Origin: Candidatus Acidiferrum sp.
GTDB taxonomy: Bacteria > Acidobacteriota > Terriglobia > Acidiferrales > UBA7541
Direction: 5' to 3'
DNA: 64,000 nucleotides
NCBI GenBank assembly: GCA_035693545.1
Contig: DASSGJ010000055.1
Location: 45,160 to 109,159, forward strand
The notes below the pieces were generated by a model. It was not told the DNA's origin, made no database searches, and was given only the letters and a program-made list of their open reading frames with translations. The position numbers and the translations under genes are program-made. Positions 49,457 to 58,366 of this stretch are shown piece after piece (within the stretch, counting starts at the first letter, position 1; the number at the start of each line of letters is the position of its first letter).

Positions 49457-52400
49457 GTGCGCGTGATCTTCGTGAGTGTGTTTGCGATTGTCCTGGGCGC
49501 TTCGGTGTTTGCGCAATCTCCCACCGGCTCCATCGGAGGGATTGTCTTCGACCCCGATGCCAAGACGGTTCCGGGCGCGGAAATCATCGTCGTGAACGAT
49601 CTGACACGCGTGCAGTACGAAACAAAAACCAACGAAATCGGGTTGTACACGGTGCCGAATCTTCCGCCGGGCCCGTATCGCGTGCAGGCCTCCAAGGTGG
49701 GCTTCAAGACAATCATCAAACCGGACATCATCCTGAACGTGCAGGGGTCGGTGACAGTCAATTTCATTCTTCCTGTCGGAGCCATGTCCATTGCGGTGAC
49801 GGTCGAAGGAGGCGCCTCCATGGTCAACACCACGGATGCCGCTGTCAGCACGGTGGTTGACCACACCTTTGTCGAAAATATGCCTCTCAACGGCCGCAGC
49901 TTCCAAGACCTGATCTTGTTGACGCCGGGCATTGTCACCAATTCACCGCAAACGACAGGTGGGATCGGTGCGAATGGCGAGTTTAGCGTGAACGGCCAAC
50001 GGACAGATGCGAACTACTACTCGGTCGATGGAGTGAGCGCGAACGTTGGGGTGTTTCCGGGTGCGCCTCAGTTTGCGTCGATGAGTGGCTCTCTGCCTGT
50101 CTCAACGAGTCTTGGGACGACCCAAGGGCTGGTCTCGGTCGATGCTCTCCAGGAATTTCGCGTTTTGAGTTCCACCTATTCGGCGGAATACGGACGAAAC
50201 CCAGGAGGGCAATTCTCGTTCGTGACCCGATCGGGCACGAATGATTGGCATGGGACGGCGTCCGAGTATTTGCGAAACGATGTATTTGACGCGAACAACT
50301 GGTTCAACAATTACTACGGCATACAGAGAACAGCGCTTCGCCAGAACGATTTCGGAGGAACGCTCGGCGGGCCAGCCCGGATTCCGGCCCTGTACTCCGG
50401 AAAGAACAAGGCGTTTTTCTTCTTCTCTTACGAGGGGCTTCGGCTGACACAGCCACAGGAAGCGATCGTCAGTTATGTGCCAACGGTTGCCTTGCGCTCG
50501 AGTACGCCGGCCGCTCTCCAACCGGTCCTCAATGCCTTTCCACTGCCGAGTTGCCCTGCGGGCGCCGCCAATTGTTCGACAGACCTCGGGAACGGCCTCG
50601 GTGAAATCGCCGCGGGGTGGTCCAATCCCAGCCGAATAAATGTGTATGGAATTCGGTTTGATGAGGCGTTGGGCGACAGGACCAGATTGTTCTTCCGGTT
50701 CAGCGCCGCTGACTCCTCTTCGTTCGCGCGCAGTGGCGGCAATTCGGGAGCGCCGTCGTCGTTCAGTTTAAACTCGTACTCGACGCGGACTTACACTTTC
50801 GGTGTGACGAACGCGGTCACCAGCCGCCTACAGAATGAATTTCGCCTGAACTATACGTCGAACTTCACGAAGGCCACGGACGGTCTCGACAATTTCGGAG
50901 GGGCGGTGCCGTATGACCTCGCGGGATCTCAGGGGTTGCCTACGGGAAGCGCGTACATCGTGGCCTTTGCGCTCGACTTCGGAGGTGTTGGCGCGGAGCT
51001 CACGCAGGCACAACAGACGGGTCTGCAAAGACAGTGGAACGCGGTGGACACGGCGGGCATTTCCTTCGGACGGCACGTCCTGAAGTTTGGCGTGGACTAC
51101 CGCCGGTTGTCGCCCAAACAAGAGCCTTGGGCCCCCAACGTCGGCCTACTATTCTTCAGCGAGCAGTCGGTCCAAGCCAATAGCATCGATCTTGGCATTT
51201 CGACAAACAACACTTCGGCCCGTCCCGTCTATACAAATTTCTCCTCCTTCGTTCAAGATGAGTGGAATGTGACCCGCCGCCTGCGGCTGTCGATGGGATT
51301 GCGGTGGGAGGTCAATCCTCCACCGGGAGCGGCGACGGGAAATCTCCCCTACACGATCGAAGGCAGCCTGAATGATCCGGCTTCGATCAAGCTCGCTCCC
51401 CAAGGGACTCCTCTGTGGAAAACCACATGGGCGAATTTTGCGCCGAGGCTTGGCGCGGCCTACGTTTTGCGGCAAAAAACCGGATTCGAAACTGTCGTGC
51501 GCGGCGGCGGCGGAGTCTTCTTCGATACGGGGCAACAGGTTGCTTCCTGGGGCTACAACGGAGTGGGGTTCCAAGCGCAGAGTCTTTTTGGCGGAATCGG
51601 ATTCCCGGTGCCCACTCCGGTGTTACTGCCCCCAGTTGTCAACCCGCCCGTTGCGCCTTACAGAAACGTGTATGCGTTTGCTCCTCACATGCAACTGCCG
51701 TACACGCTGCAGTGGAACGCAGCGCTCGAACAGGGTCTTGGCAAAGATCAATCGTTGAGCGTGACCTATGTCGGTTCGCGAGCGAGCCGGTTGCTCCGCG
51801 GGCAAGAACTCTCGCTCGGTTCCTTGAATCCCGATTTCCGCTCCGTGCAGTACTTCAGCAACGGATTGACGTCGGACTACGACGCTCTTCAGGCCCAGTT
51901 CAAGCGGCGTTTGAACAAAGGACTTACTGCGCTCGCTTCCTATACCTTCTCGCATGCCATTGACTATGGCTCGGACAGCAACGCTTTGCCCTATGTTCGC
52001 GGGAATGCCAACTTTGACGTGCGCCACAATGCCGCGGCGGCGCTGTCTTACGATATTCCCGGTGCGCTAAAGGAGAAGTTTGCGCGTGGCTTGCTTTCGA
52101 ACTGGGGCGCGGACGCGCGCTTTTCGATCCGCACGGGTTTTCCGGTCACACTGGCAGGGCCGTTGTCGTTAGATCGAGGAACGGGACAGGAGGTGCCGGC
52201 AGGGCTCAATCTCGTGGCCGGGCAGCCATGGTATCTCTATGGTACGCAATTTCCCGGCGGGCGCTCCGTGAATCCGGATGCCTTCGCGTTGCCCGAGGGA
52301 TGCACGATCTATCAATGTTCAAATCCTGTTCTGGGTGACGCCCCGCGAAACTTCATTCGAGGGTTCGGCGCTTGGCAGATTGATGTGGCCCTGCGCCGAG

Positions 52401-52648
52401 AGTTTCCGATCACGGAGCGGTCGAAGCTGCAGTTCCGTGCCGAAGCGTTCAACACTTTCAATCATCCGAACTTTGGCCAAATCACCGCGACCTATTGCTC
52501 GCCGAACCCGGCTTCGCGTGCCTTCGCGCCTGGCTGCACATTTGGCCAATCCACCCAGACATTGGCTTCGAGCCTCGGGGTCCTGAGCCCCTTGTACCAG
52601 ATGGGCGGACCTCGGTCTCTGCAGGTGGCTTTGAAACTGACGTTCTAA
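49457..52648 (+). CDS. TonB-dependent receptor; module 5
   Basis: GTG start after AAGGAG; plug and barrel motifs; several Cys pairs; ends VALKLTF. Confidence 0.92.
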   Translation: MRVIFVSVFAIVLGASVFAQSPTGSIGGIVFDPDAKTVPGAEIIVVNDLTRVQYETKTNEIGLYTVPNLPPGPYRVQASKVGFKTIIKPDIILNVQGSVTVNFILPVGAMSIAVTVEGGASMVNTTDAAVSTVVDHTFVENMPLNGRSFQDLILLTPGIVTNSPQTTGGIGANGEFSVNGQRTDANYYSVDGVSANVGVFPGAPQFASMSGSLPVSTSLGTTQGLVSVDALQEFRVLSSTYSAEYGRNPGGQFSFVTRSGTNDWHGTASEYLRNDVFDANNWFNNYYGIQRTALRQNDFGGTLGGPARIPALYSGKNKAFFFFSYEGLRLTQPQEAIVSYVPTVALRSSTPAALQPVLNAFPLPSCPAGAANCSTDLGNGLGEIAAGWSNPSRINVYGIRFDEALGDRTRLFFRFSAADSSSFARSGGNSGAPSSFSLNSYSTRTYTFGVTNAVTSRLQNEFRLNYTSNFTKATDGLDNFGGAVPYDLAGSQGLPTGSAYIVAFALDFGGVGAELTQAQQTGLQRQWNAVDTAGISFGRHVLKFGVDYRRLSPKQEPWAPNVGLLFFSEQSVQANSIDLGISTNNTSARPVYTNFSSFVQDEWNVTRRLRLSMGLRWEVNPPPGAATGNLPYTIEGSLNDPASIKLAPQGTPLWKTTWANFAPRLGAAYVLRQKTGFETVVRGGGGVFFDTGQQVASWGYNGVGFQAQSLFGGIGFPVPTPVLLPPVVNPPVAPYRNVYAFAPHMQLPYTLQWNAALEQGLGKDQSLSVTYVGSRASRLLRGQELSLGSLNPDFRSVQYFSNGLTSDYDALQAQFKRRLNKGLTALASYTFSHAIDYGSDSNALPYVRGNANFDVRHNAAAALSYDIPGALKEKFARGLLSNWGADARFSIRTGFPVTLAGPLSLDRGTGQEVPAGLNLVAGQPWYLYGTQFPGGRSVNPDAFALPEGCTIYQCSNPVLGDAPRNFIRGFGAWQIDVALRREFPITERSKLQFRAEAFNTFNHPNFGQITATYCSPNPASRAFAPGCTFGQSTQTLASSLGVLSPLYQMGGPRSLQVALKLTF

Positions 52649-52713
52649 ATACTCGCCGCAATTGACGCTGGAGCCGGCGTTTCGTTTGCGAAACGGAATG
52701 CAAAGGAGAGAGT

Positions 52714-54831
52714 GTGTTCATAGGCTTGGACAGGAGGTGCAACTTATACGTCGGAATGATGGCAGCGCTGTTTTTCGGCTTCGCGTCGCCAGCCGCGCGA
52801 TCACAGCACGCCGAAGCGACCGGCGCGAAACGGGCGTTCACCGTCCAAGACGCGATTCGAATGAAGCGGCTCGCCGATCCGGATAGAGGCGCGGCCATTT
52901 TCTCGCCGGATGGAAAACAATTTGCAATCCTACTCAAGCAGGGGAACCTAGTTCGAAACACAAACGACTTCTCGCTACAGGTCTTCGACACGCGGGACGC
53001 GCTGACCAACCCGAAAGCCCGGCTTCATGTAGAGATGTCGTCTTCATCCAATCGAGATGCGATCAAGCAAGTGAAATGGCTCGCCGACAGTCGGACCATC
53101 CTGTTCTTGGGCGAGCAGCCGGATAGGCTTCCACAGGTTTATTCACTCGATACCATCACGGGCCATATCCGAATGCGGACAGTCAGTCGGAAGCCAATCA
53201 ACGGCTTCGACGCCAGCCAAGACGGGACCGAGATCCTCTATGTGACGGACCATCCAAGAGAAACGGAACCTGAGGCGAACGGTCGAGAAGTTGTAAACGT
53301 CCGCGAAGGCAATGCTCTTTCCGATTTCGTCCGCGAGTCTTGTCCGACACCATCGAATTGGCCACAAGGACAAGAACTCTACATTCAACATGGAAGTACA
53401 AAGCCGAGACGCGTGGCGACTCCGGAAGACTACCTACCCGACGACAATGTTCCGCTCTGGATGTCGCCCGATGGCGCGCACGCGGTCATACGAGCGGTTG
53501 TCCGGCGGATACCCGAAACCTGGAGTGGTTATCGGGATGCGTATGTGCAGCGCCTCACGAGGCAACGACATCCCGACGGATTTCCGATTCTCTGGCTGGC
53601 AGAGTATCTGCTGGTCGACACGCGCGAGGGGTCGTTAACGCCACTTCTGGATGCTCCGGTGGTTGACTATGCTCCGGTCGTTTGGAGCAGCGACAGTCAC
53701 TCGGTATTCCTGAAGGGTTTATTCCTTCCTTTGAACGCGGAAGATCCGGGTGAGCGCGAGGAGCGCTCAAAACATGTGTACGACATTGAAATCCAAATCC
53801 GCACCGGAGAATTTCGAAAGATCGAGAGGCCGGAGTGGCCGAAGAGCAACGAGAAGCATGGTCCTCTCGACATCGCGCTTCGCGAGGACCGTAATACTCC
53901 TCCGAAGATATATGTTACGAGCGGGGAATTGGGGGCCGACCGCGTGTTTCTCGATCTCAATCCGTGGCTCGCTTCCGTTGCGCTCGCCCATGTGGATGTT
54001 GTGGAATGGCCGACTGCGGGCGGCGGACATCGAAAAGGGGAACTCTTTTTGCCGCCGGATTATGTTGAGGGCGAACGGTATCCGCTCGTGATTCAGACTC
54101 ACGGATTCGCGCCGGAGCGATTCTTAGCCGACGGGCCCTTTGACAGCAGCGCGTTTTCGGCTCAGGCGCTCGCGGCGCACGGGATCATCGTGCTCCAGAT
54201 GGACTACAGCCGCTCGGAGGCAAATACGACGCGCGAAGGACCGCAGGAAATGGCGGCCTTCGAAGGAGCCATCGATGAGCTGGACCGCCGGAGATTCATC
54301 GACCGGGAGCGAGTCGGGATCATTGGGTTCAGCCGGACCGTGTATCACGTGGCGTATGCGCTCACGCACTCGAAGTACCAATTGAAGGCAGCCAGCCTCG
54401 TGGACGGCATCGACGCCGGATACTTGCAATATCTTGCCTACGGTCCGGGCGGCAACGTGCACCTGAACGGGGGAGAGCCCTTCGGGAATGGGTTGACGGC
54501 GTGGCTCGAGAATTCGCCGAGCTTCCAGCTGTCGAAGGTAGAGAGTCCTGTTCGTCTGGAAGCGCGTGGCTGCTCGCAAGGTATCCTTGGTTCCTGGGAA
54601 TGGTTCGTTGTCTTGAACGTTCTCGAACGTCCCGTCGAATTAACGTACGTTCCTGATGCGCAGCATGTCGCCGCACGGCCCCTCGCAAAAGAGCTGACCG
54701 AGCGGGAATCGGTCGATTGGTTTTGTTTTTGGTTAGGGGCAACGATGGACCATGGGACTGACACGGCGGAGCGTGTGGGACGCTGGGAAGCGCTACGCAA
54801 GAAACGAAAAGCCTCGCGCGCGCTGGACTGA
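52714..54831 (+). CDS. Secreted S9 serine peptidase (lasso isopeptidase-like); module 5
   Basis: Signal peptide; YPLVIQTHG, GFSRTV, DAQHV and DWFCFWL; convergent with the precursor genes. Confidence 0.85.
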   Translation: MFIGLDRRCNLYVGMMAALFFGFASPAARSQHAEATGAKRAFTVQDAIRMKRLADPDRGAAIFSPDGKQFAILLKQGNLVRNTNDFSLQVFDTRDALTNPKARLHVEMSSSSNRDAIKQVKWLADSRTILFLGEQPDRLPQVYSLDTITGHIRMRTVSRKPINGFDASQDGTEILYVTDHPRETEPEANGREVVNVREGNALSDFVRESCPTPSNWPQGQELYIQHGSTKPRRVATPEDYLPDDNVPLWMSPDGAHAVIRAVVRRIPETWSGYRDAYVQRLTRQRHPDGFPILWLAEYLLVDTREGSLTPLLDAPVVDYAPVVWSSDSHSVFLKGLFLPLNAEDPGEREERSKHVYDIEIQIRTGEFRKIERPEWPKSNEKHGPLDIALREDRNTPPKIYVTSGELGADRVFLDLNPWLASVALAHVDVVEWPTAGGGHRKGELFLPPDYVEGERYPLVIQTHGFAPERFLADGPFDSSAFSAQALAAHGIIVLQMDYSRSEANTTREGPQEMAAFEGAIDELDRRRFIDRERVGIIGFSRTVYHVAYALTHSKYQLKAASLVDGIDAGYLQYLAYGPGGNVHLNGGEPFGNGLTAWLENSPSFQLSKVESPVRLEARGCSQGILGSWEWFVVLNVLERPVELTYVPDAQHVAARPLAKELTERESVDWFCFWLGATMDHGTDTAERVGRWEALRKKRKASRALD

Positions 54832-54884
54832 GTTAAGCGGGTTGCTGGCTGGAGAGAAACTCTCCCTAGGCCGATGGCGCTTCT

Positions 54885-54915
54885 AAAAAGGGAACACGTC
54901 TGGAAACGTGCTCCC
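54885..54915 (-). terminator. Intrinsic terminator of the lasso operon
   Basis: Minus strand GGGAGCACGT-ttccag-ACGTGTTCCC followed by TTTTT, just after the last precursor stop. Confidence 0.75.
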
Positions 54916-54928
54916 ACAGCGCGACGGC

Positions 54929-55063
54929 CTATTCGTCCGCTTCATAGGCTGAGCAACCTGTCGGGATTTGATGGACCTCTTCGAGTGGACCGATCTTCTG
55001 GGTGGTTTGGATGGCATCGAGCGGGTTTCCGAGTTCGATGATTTCCGGTTTTGCGTACTTCAT
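54929..55063 (-). CDS. Lasso-type precursor peptide A2 (44 aa)
   Basis: MKYAKPEIIELGNPLDAIQTTQKIGPLEEVHQIPTGCSAYEADE; AAGGAG RBS; YxxPxIxxxG leader motif. Confidence 0.88.
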   Translation of the reverse strand: MKYAKPEIIELGNPLDAIQTTQKIGPLEEVHQIPTGCSAYEADE

Positions 55064-55255
55064 GATATTTCTCCTTTTGTCCGAGTAGTATTCAGCCGAA
55101 ATGGCTGAATTTTGGTTTGCGCGGGCGCTCCATAAAGCCATCGCCCGCTTCAAGTCGACCGGCGCTAATCACTTCCAGTTCGGGAGCGAAGTGCTCGATT
55201 GTGGGAGCATGGGAGCACGTCTGTGAAACGTGCTCCCAGATTAAGGCGCGACGGG

Positions 55256-55390
55256 CTATTCGTCCGCTTCATAGGCCGAGCAGCCCGTCGGGGCCGGATG
55301 ATTGTCCTCGAGTGGACCGATCTTCTGGGTGGTTTGGATCGCATCGATCGGGTTTCCCAGTTCGATGATTTCCGGTTTTGTGTACTTCAT
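55256..55390 (-). CDS. Lasso-type precursor peptide A1 (44 aa; not in the ORF track)
   Basis: Translated by hand: MKYTKPEIIELGNPIDAIQTTQKIGPLEDNHPAPTGCSAYEADE; AAGGAG RBS; immediately downstream of the cyclase. Confidence 0.88.
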   Translation of the reverse strand: MKYTKPEIIELGNPIDAIQTTQKIGPLEDNHPAPTGCSAYEADE

Positions 55391-55411
55391 GGGGTTTCTC
55401 CTTTTCTCTGA

Positions 55412-57364
55412 CTATTCAGCCCGAAACGGACTGAATTTCGATTCCGCTGGGCATACCGGCTTGCTCTTTCGGGACTTGTTCGGCTGACCTATATGAATGT
55501 CCAAGAGACGGCAACGGGTCACGCTTCGGAGCCAGAGTTCGAGCGTCAGTGTTTTCTTTAGCGGAATGATATTTTCGAGCTGCCCCGCCCGTATCGCTGC
55601 GAGCGTGCGGCGAAATTCCTGTTCCCGTACCCAGCCTGCTGCGACAATGTGAGACGAGCACAGAAGGGTTTCAATGGCCGGAGAAGCCGTTTCGAGCAGA
55701 ACTACGGAATGCCTGGCAACATACGCTTTGCGCTTACGGGCGAAAATCTCGGAAGGCACAATCCCGGCGAGGGCGCGGCGCAGGAGCGAGCGGCGCTGGC
55801 CCGGACGCACGTGCTGAGAGCGAGGGACACCGAAGAGAAACGTAAGCAGATCGCGGTCGAGATACGGATAGGTCGCCTGGTGACGCGCAATGGCGTTGGG
55901 TTGGATAGCGGAAAGTACACGTCGCAGACGCTCCAGCGCAGAGACGGATTCCTGAAAGGAAGGTGGCGGGCCGGACAGCGTTTTCCGCTTTGCGTCTCTC
56001 CAGAATACATCCCGGTTACGCTCGACAAAGGCGTTGGTGAGCCACGGCGCGATCCAGGCATTCGTGCACATGCGGCGAATGGGCTGCGGAAGGAACTCCT
56101 CGATGACGTCGCCCCCCAGATGCAGCCAGGAGCGTCGTTGGACGAGGCCGAATCGGAGGAGTTTTCGAAAAAATTCGACTGGCCGCAAAGAAACAAACAG
56201 GTCCTGCAGTTCAGGAATGGGAGTGGGCACCCCGCCTGTGACTTCGTCGCCGCCGATGCCGGAAAGGACAAGGCGGCTGTCACTTGCTTCCAGGCAGCGG
56301 CGAACGTCGTAACTGCGCTCGACAGCAAGAGCATCAAAGCCCGGCAACGGGAAGAAGCAGTTCTCCTGTGGTTCTTCGAAAGCTCGTTCCATCGCTGCAA
56401 CGTTAAGGTGGTAGCCCCCTCGTCCGCGCTTCGCTTCCACCAGGGCGAAATACGGCCGCTCGTTCCAGTTCGGCTCGTCGTCGTCGTAAAAAGACACCGT
56501 ATCGAGCCGCGGAGTCTCGGCCTTTCCGTCTCGCAACAGCTCGTCGGCTACAGAGACGATGGACGTCGAGTCCATTCCGCCGCTCAATTCGGCCACGACC
56601 GGCCGCGAGGCGCGAAGACGGCGGTGGACCGACTGCCGAAAGAGATGACGGAAGTGCTCTTCGTAGTCGGAGTCTTTGCCATAGCGGACACGGTGAGCGG
56701 GATCGAGCTGCCAATACTTCTCGGTCCGGGTGTGTGAGGGCTTGACTTCGACGAACGTCGATGCGGGAACGGCGTCGACGCCTGTGTAGGGTGTCAGATC
56801 GGTAGACGGAAAAGTCGAAAGATAGCCGGCAACGAACTCTTCGTTGATTTCAAAGGGCTGCGCAGCGAGCTTTACGATGGGATCCAGCACGGTCGCCCAA
56901 GTGATGCCCCGGTGGGGCTCAAATCGGTAGAAGAGATGCCTTGTTCCGATGAAGTCCTTGGCAAGAAATAGAGATTGTTTGGCTGGGTCCCACAGGGCGA
57001 GAGCCCAGTCGCCATGAAGCTTCGGAAAACACAGTGTTCCGATCTGTTCGTATGCTCGGAGCACGATGTTGGCGTCGGTCGACAGGTGACCAGCGGGCGG
57101 ATGCAAAAGAGAAAGGAGTTCCTCGCGGTTATCGAGCCGTCCGTCCCAGGTCATTCTGATGCCGCTGTCGCTCTGTAGCGGTTGTCGTTCGGCGAAATCC
57201 TCACGGGAGACCCACAACGCTTGAAAGTACATGGCGATCGCGTAGGATGCGGAAGCTTGGGTACGATCATGAGGATAGTCTTCGGTGTGCGACTTGGCTC
57301 GTTCTAGGTAGTCGGCGCCGACCGGTTGTCCATCAAAGTTCCATCGTCCGAATTGAACATTCAT
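55412..57364 (-). CDS. Lasso cyclase (asparagine synthetase-like, C protein)
   Basis: WDGRLDNR, GDWALALWD, ELSGGMDS PP-loop, GIGGDE and YPYLDRDL; lacks the N-terminal Cys of AsnB. Start chosen at MNVQFG after GGAGGGG. Confidence 0.88.
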   Translation of the reverse strand: MNVQFGRWNFDGQPVGADYLERAKSHTEDYPHDRTQASASYAIAMYFQALWVSREDFAERQPLQSDSGIRMTWDGRLDNREELLSLLHPPAGHLSTDANIVLRAYEQIGTLCFPKLHGDWALALWDPAKQSLFLAKDFIGTRHLFYRFEPHRGITWATVLDPIVKLAAQPFEINEEFVAGYLSTFPSTDLTPYTGVDAVPASTFVEVKPSHTRTEKYWQLDPAHRVRYGKDSDYEEHFRHLFRQSVHRRLRASRPVVAELSGGMDSTSIVSVADELLRDGKAETPRLDTVSFYDDDEPNWNERPYFALVEAKRGRGGYHLNVAAMERAFEEPQENCFFPLPGFDALAVERSYDVRRCLEASDSRLVLSGIGGDEVTGGVPTPIPELQDLFVSLRPVEFFRKLLRFGLVQRRSWLHLGGDVIEEFLPQPIRRMCTNAWIAPWLTNAFVERNRDVFWRDAKRKTLSGPPPSFQESVSALERLRRVLSAIQPNAIARHQATYPYLDRDLLTFLFGVPRSQHVRPGQRRSLLRRALAGIVPSEIFARKRKAYVARHSVVLLETASPAIETLLCSSHIVAAGWVREQEFRRTLAAIRAGQLENIIPLKKTLTLELWLRSVTRCRLLDIHIGQPNKSRKSKPVCPAESKFSPFRAE

Positions 57365-57388
57365 ACGCACCCCCTCCATCGAGAGGAA

Positions 57389-57937
57389 CTACGGAGTGGA
57401 TCCCAGAACCTCGGCATAGTGATCTGCTGCATATTTCTGGACATCGATTTTCCGGTAGTCCCCTCTCTCCATTGCTTGCCGAATCTCGGCTGGGGTTTTT
57501 CCGGTTCGGGATTGCTCGTAGATGAAAAAGGCCTCGGCTTGGCACTTCGCGCAACCGCGTCCGTGCTTGCTCGTATAGCAATCGAGCAGGCTTTGATGGC
57601 CAGCGAACCTGTCGCACTCGCAATAGCAGGGCTCTTGATAGAGGAGTTCACGGATTTTGGCGGCGACGGAGTACGCAACGAACGCCACCTTGTCGTCTGC
57701 AAACTGCGAGGGAGCGAGCGTCTCGGGGAGAGAACCGGTCGGTGGTTCCTGATGATAGGCGGGCCCGCTCGGGACCTCCTGCCCGCGCATTCCACACATG
57801 ACCGGGTTGGGTCGAGAGTACGCCTCGGAGCGCGCGAGTTTTTCGTTCCGTGGCGCAAGCGAACACAAGGGGAAGGCGGCGAGTACCGCGGCAAAAAGCG
57901 GAGCGAGAATCATGAGTCGGGATACGAAGTAGGACAT
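57389..57937 (-). CDS. Exported PCYCGC-motif-like Cys/His-rich protein
   Basis: Signal-like N-terminus; EPCYCECDRFAGHQSLLDCYTSKHGRGCAKC; AGGAGG RBS. Confidence 0.75.
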   Translation of the reverse strand: MSYFVSRLMILAPLFAAVLAAFPLCSLAPRNEKLARSEAYSRPNPVMCGMRGQEVPSGPAYHQEPPTGSLPETLAPSQFADDKVAFVAYSVAAKIRELLYQEPCYCECDRFAGHQSLLDCYTSKHGRGCAKCQAEAFFIYEQSRTGKTPAEIRQAMERGDYRKIDVQKYAADHYAEVLGSTP

Positions 57938-57981
57938 GAGTAACCTCCTTGAGAATGTCCGCGTGACGGACCTCCTACCCT

Positions 57982-58353
57982 TCAACAAGAGTCGAGCCGA
58001 GTATAGATTTCGAGGGTGTAGGGCTTGTCGTTTACGACATGGCCATCGACCTCGACCCAGGCGTGGGCTCTCAGCGGAAAATGCTGAATCCCCGTGATCA
58101 TCTGCGCCGCCACGCCGTATCGGCGCAGGAGACACACGGTCGCGGCCGATCTCTGCAGGCAGAGCACCTGCTTCGGATAGCAAAAGCAGACTGCGTCTAC
58201 GGCTGAACACAAACGTGAAGGAAGGTTGTTGTCCGCGCGGGAAGACGCGCAGGGATACCGTCTAACTCGCTCGTGCAAGGGAGGAAAGTCGCGACGTAGC
58301 ACGTAATACTCAAAACGAATCAATTGCCAGAAGGCCTGCAGATAGACGACCAT
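57982..58353 (-). CDS. Lasso leader peptidase B2 (transglutaminase-like)
   Basis: CLQRSAA, AHAWVE and VVND give a Cys-His-Asp triad. Confidence 0.88.
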   Translation of the reverse strand: MVVYLQAFWQLIRFEYYVLRRDFPPLHERVRRYPCASSRADNNLPSRLCSAVDAVCFCYPKQVLCLQRSAATVCLLRRYGVAAQMITGIQHFPLRAHAWVEVDGHVVNDKPYTLEIYTRLDSC

Positions 58354-58366
58354 TTTCTTTCGATCC

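Larger units (their letters stand above)
54890..55436. repeat. Direct duplication of a hairpin-precursor-hairpin unit (CDS offset 327 bp)
   Basis: About 54890-55110 versus about 55211-55436. Confidence 0.85.

Noticed and set aside
55064-55153. Longer 74-aa version of precursor A2
   Set aside because: The RBS and the paralog A1 place the start at 55063.
55412-57364. Housekeeping asparagine synthetase AsnB
   Set aside because: It lacks the N-terminal catalytic Cys and is flanked by B1, B2 and precursors, so a lasso cyclase is the better call.
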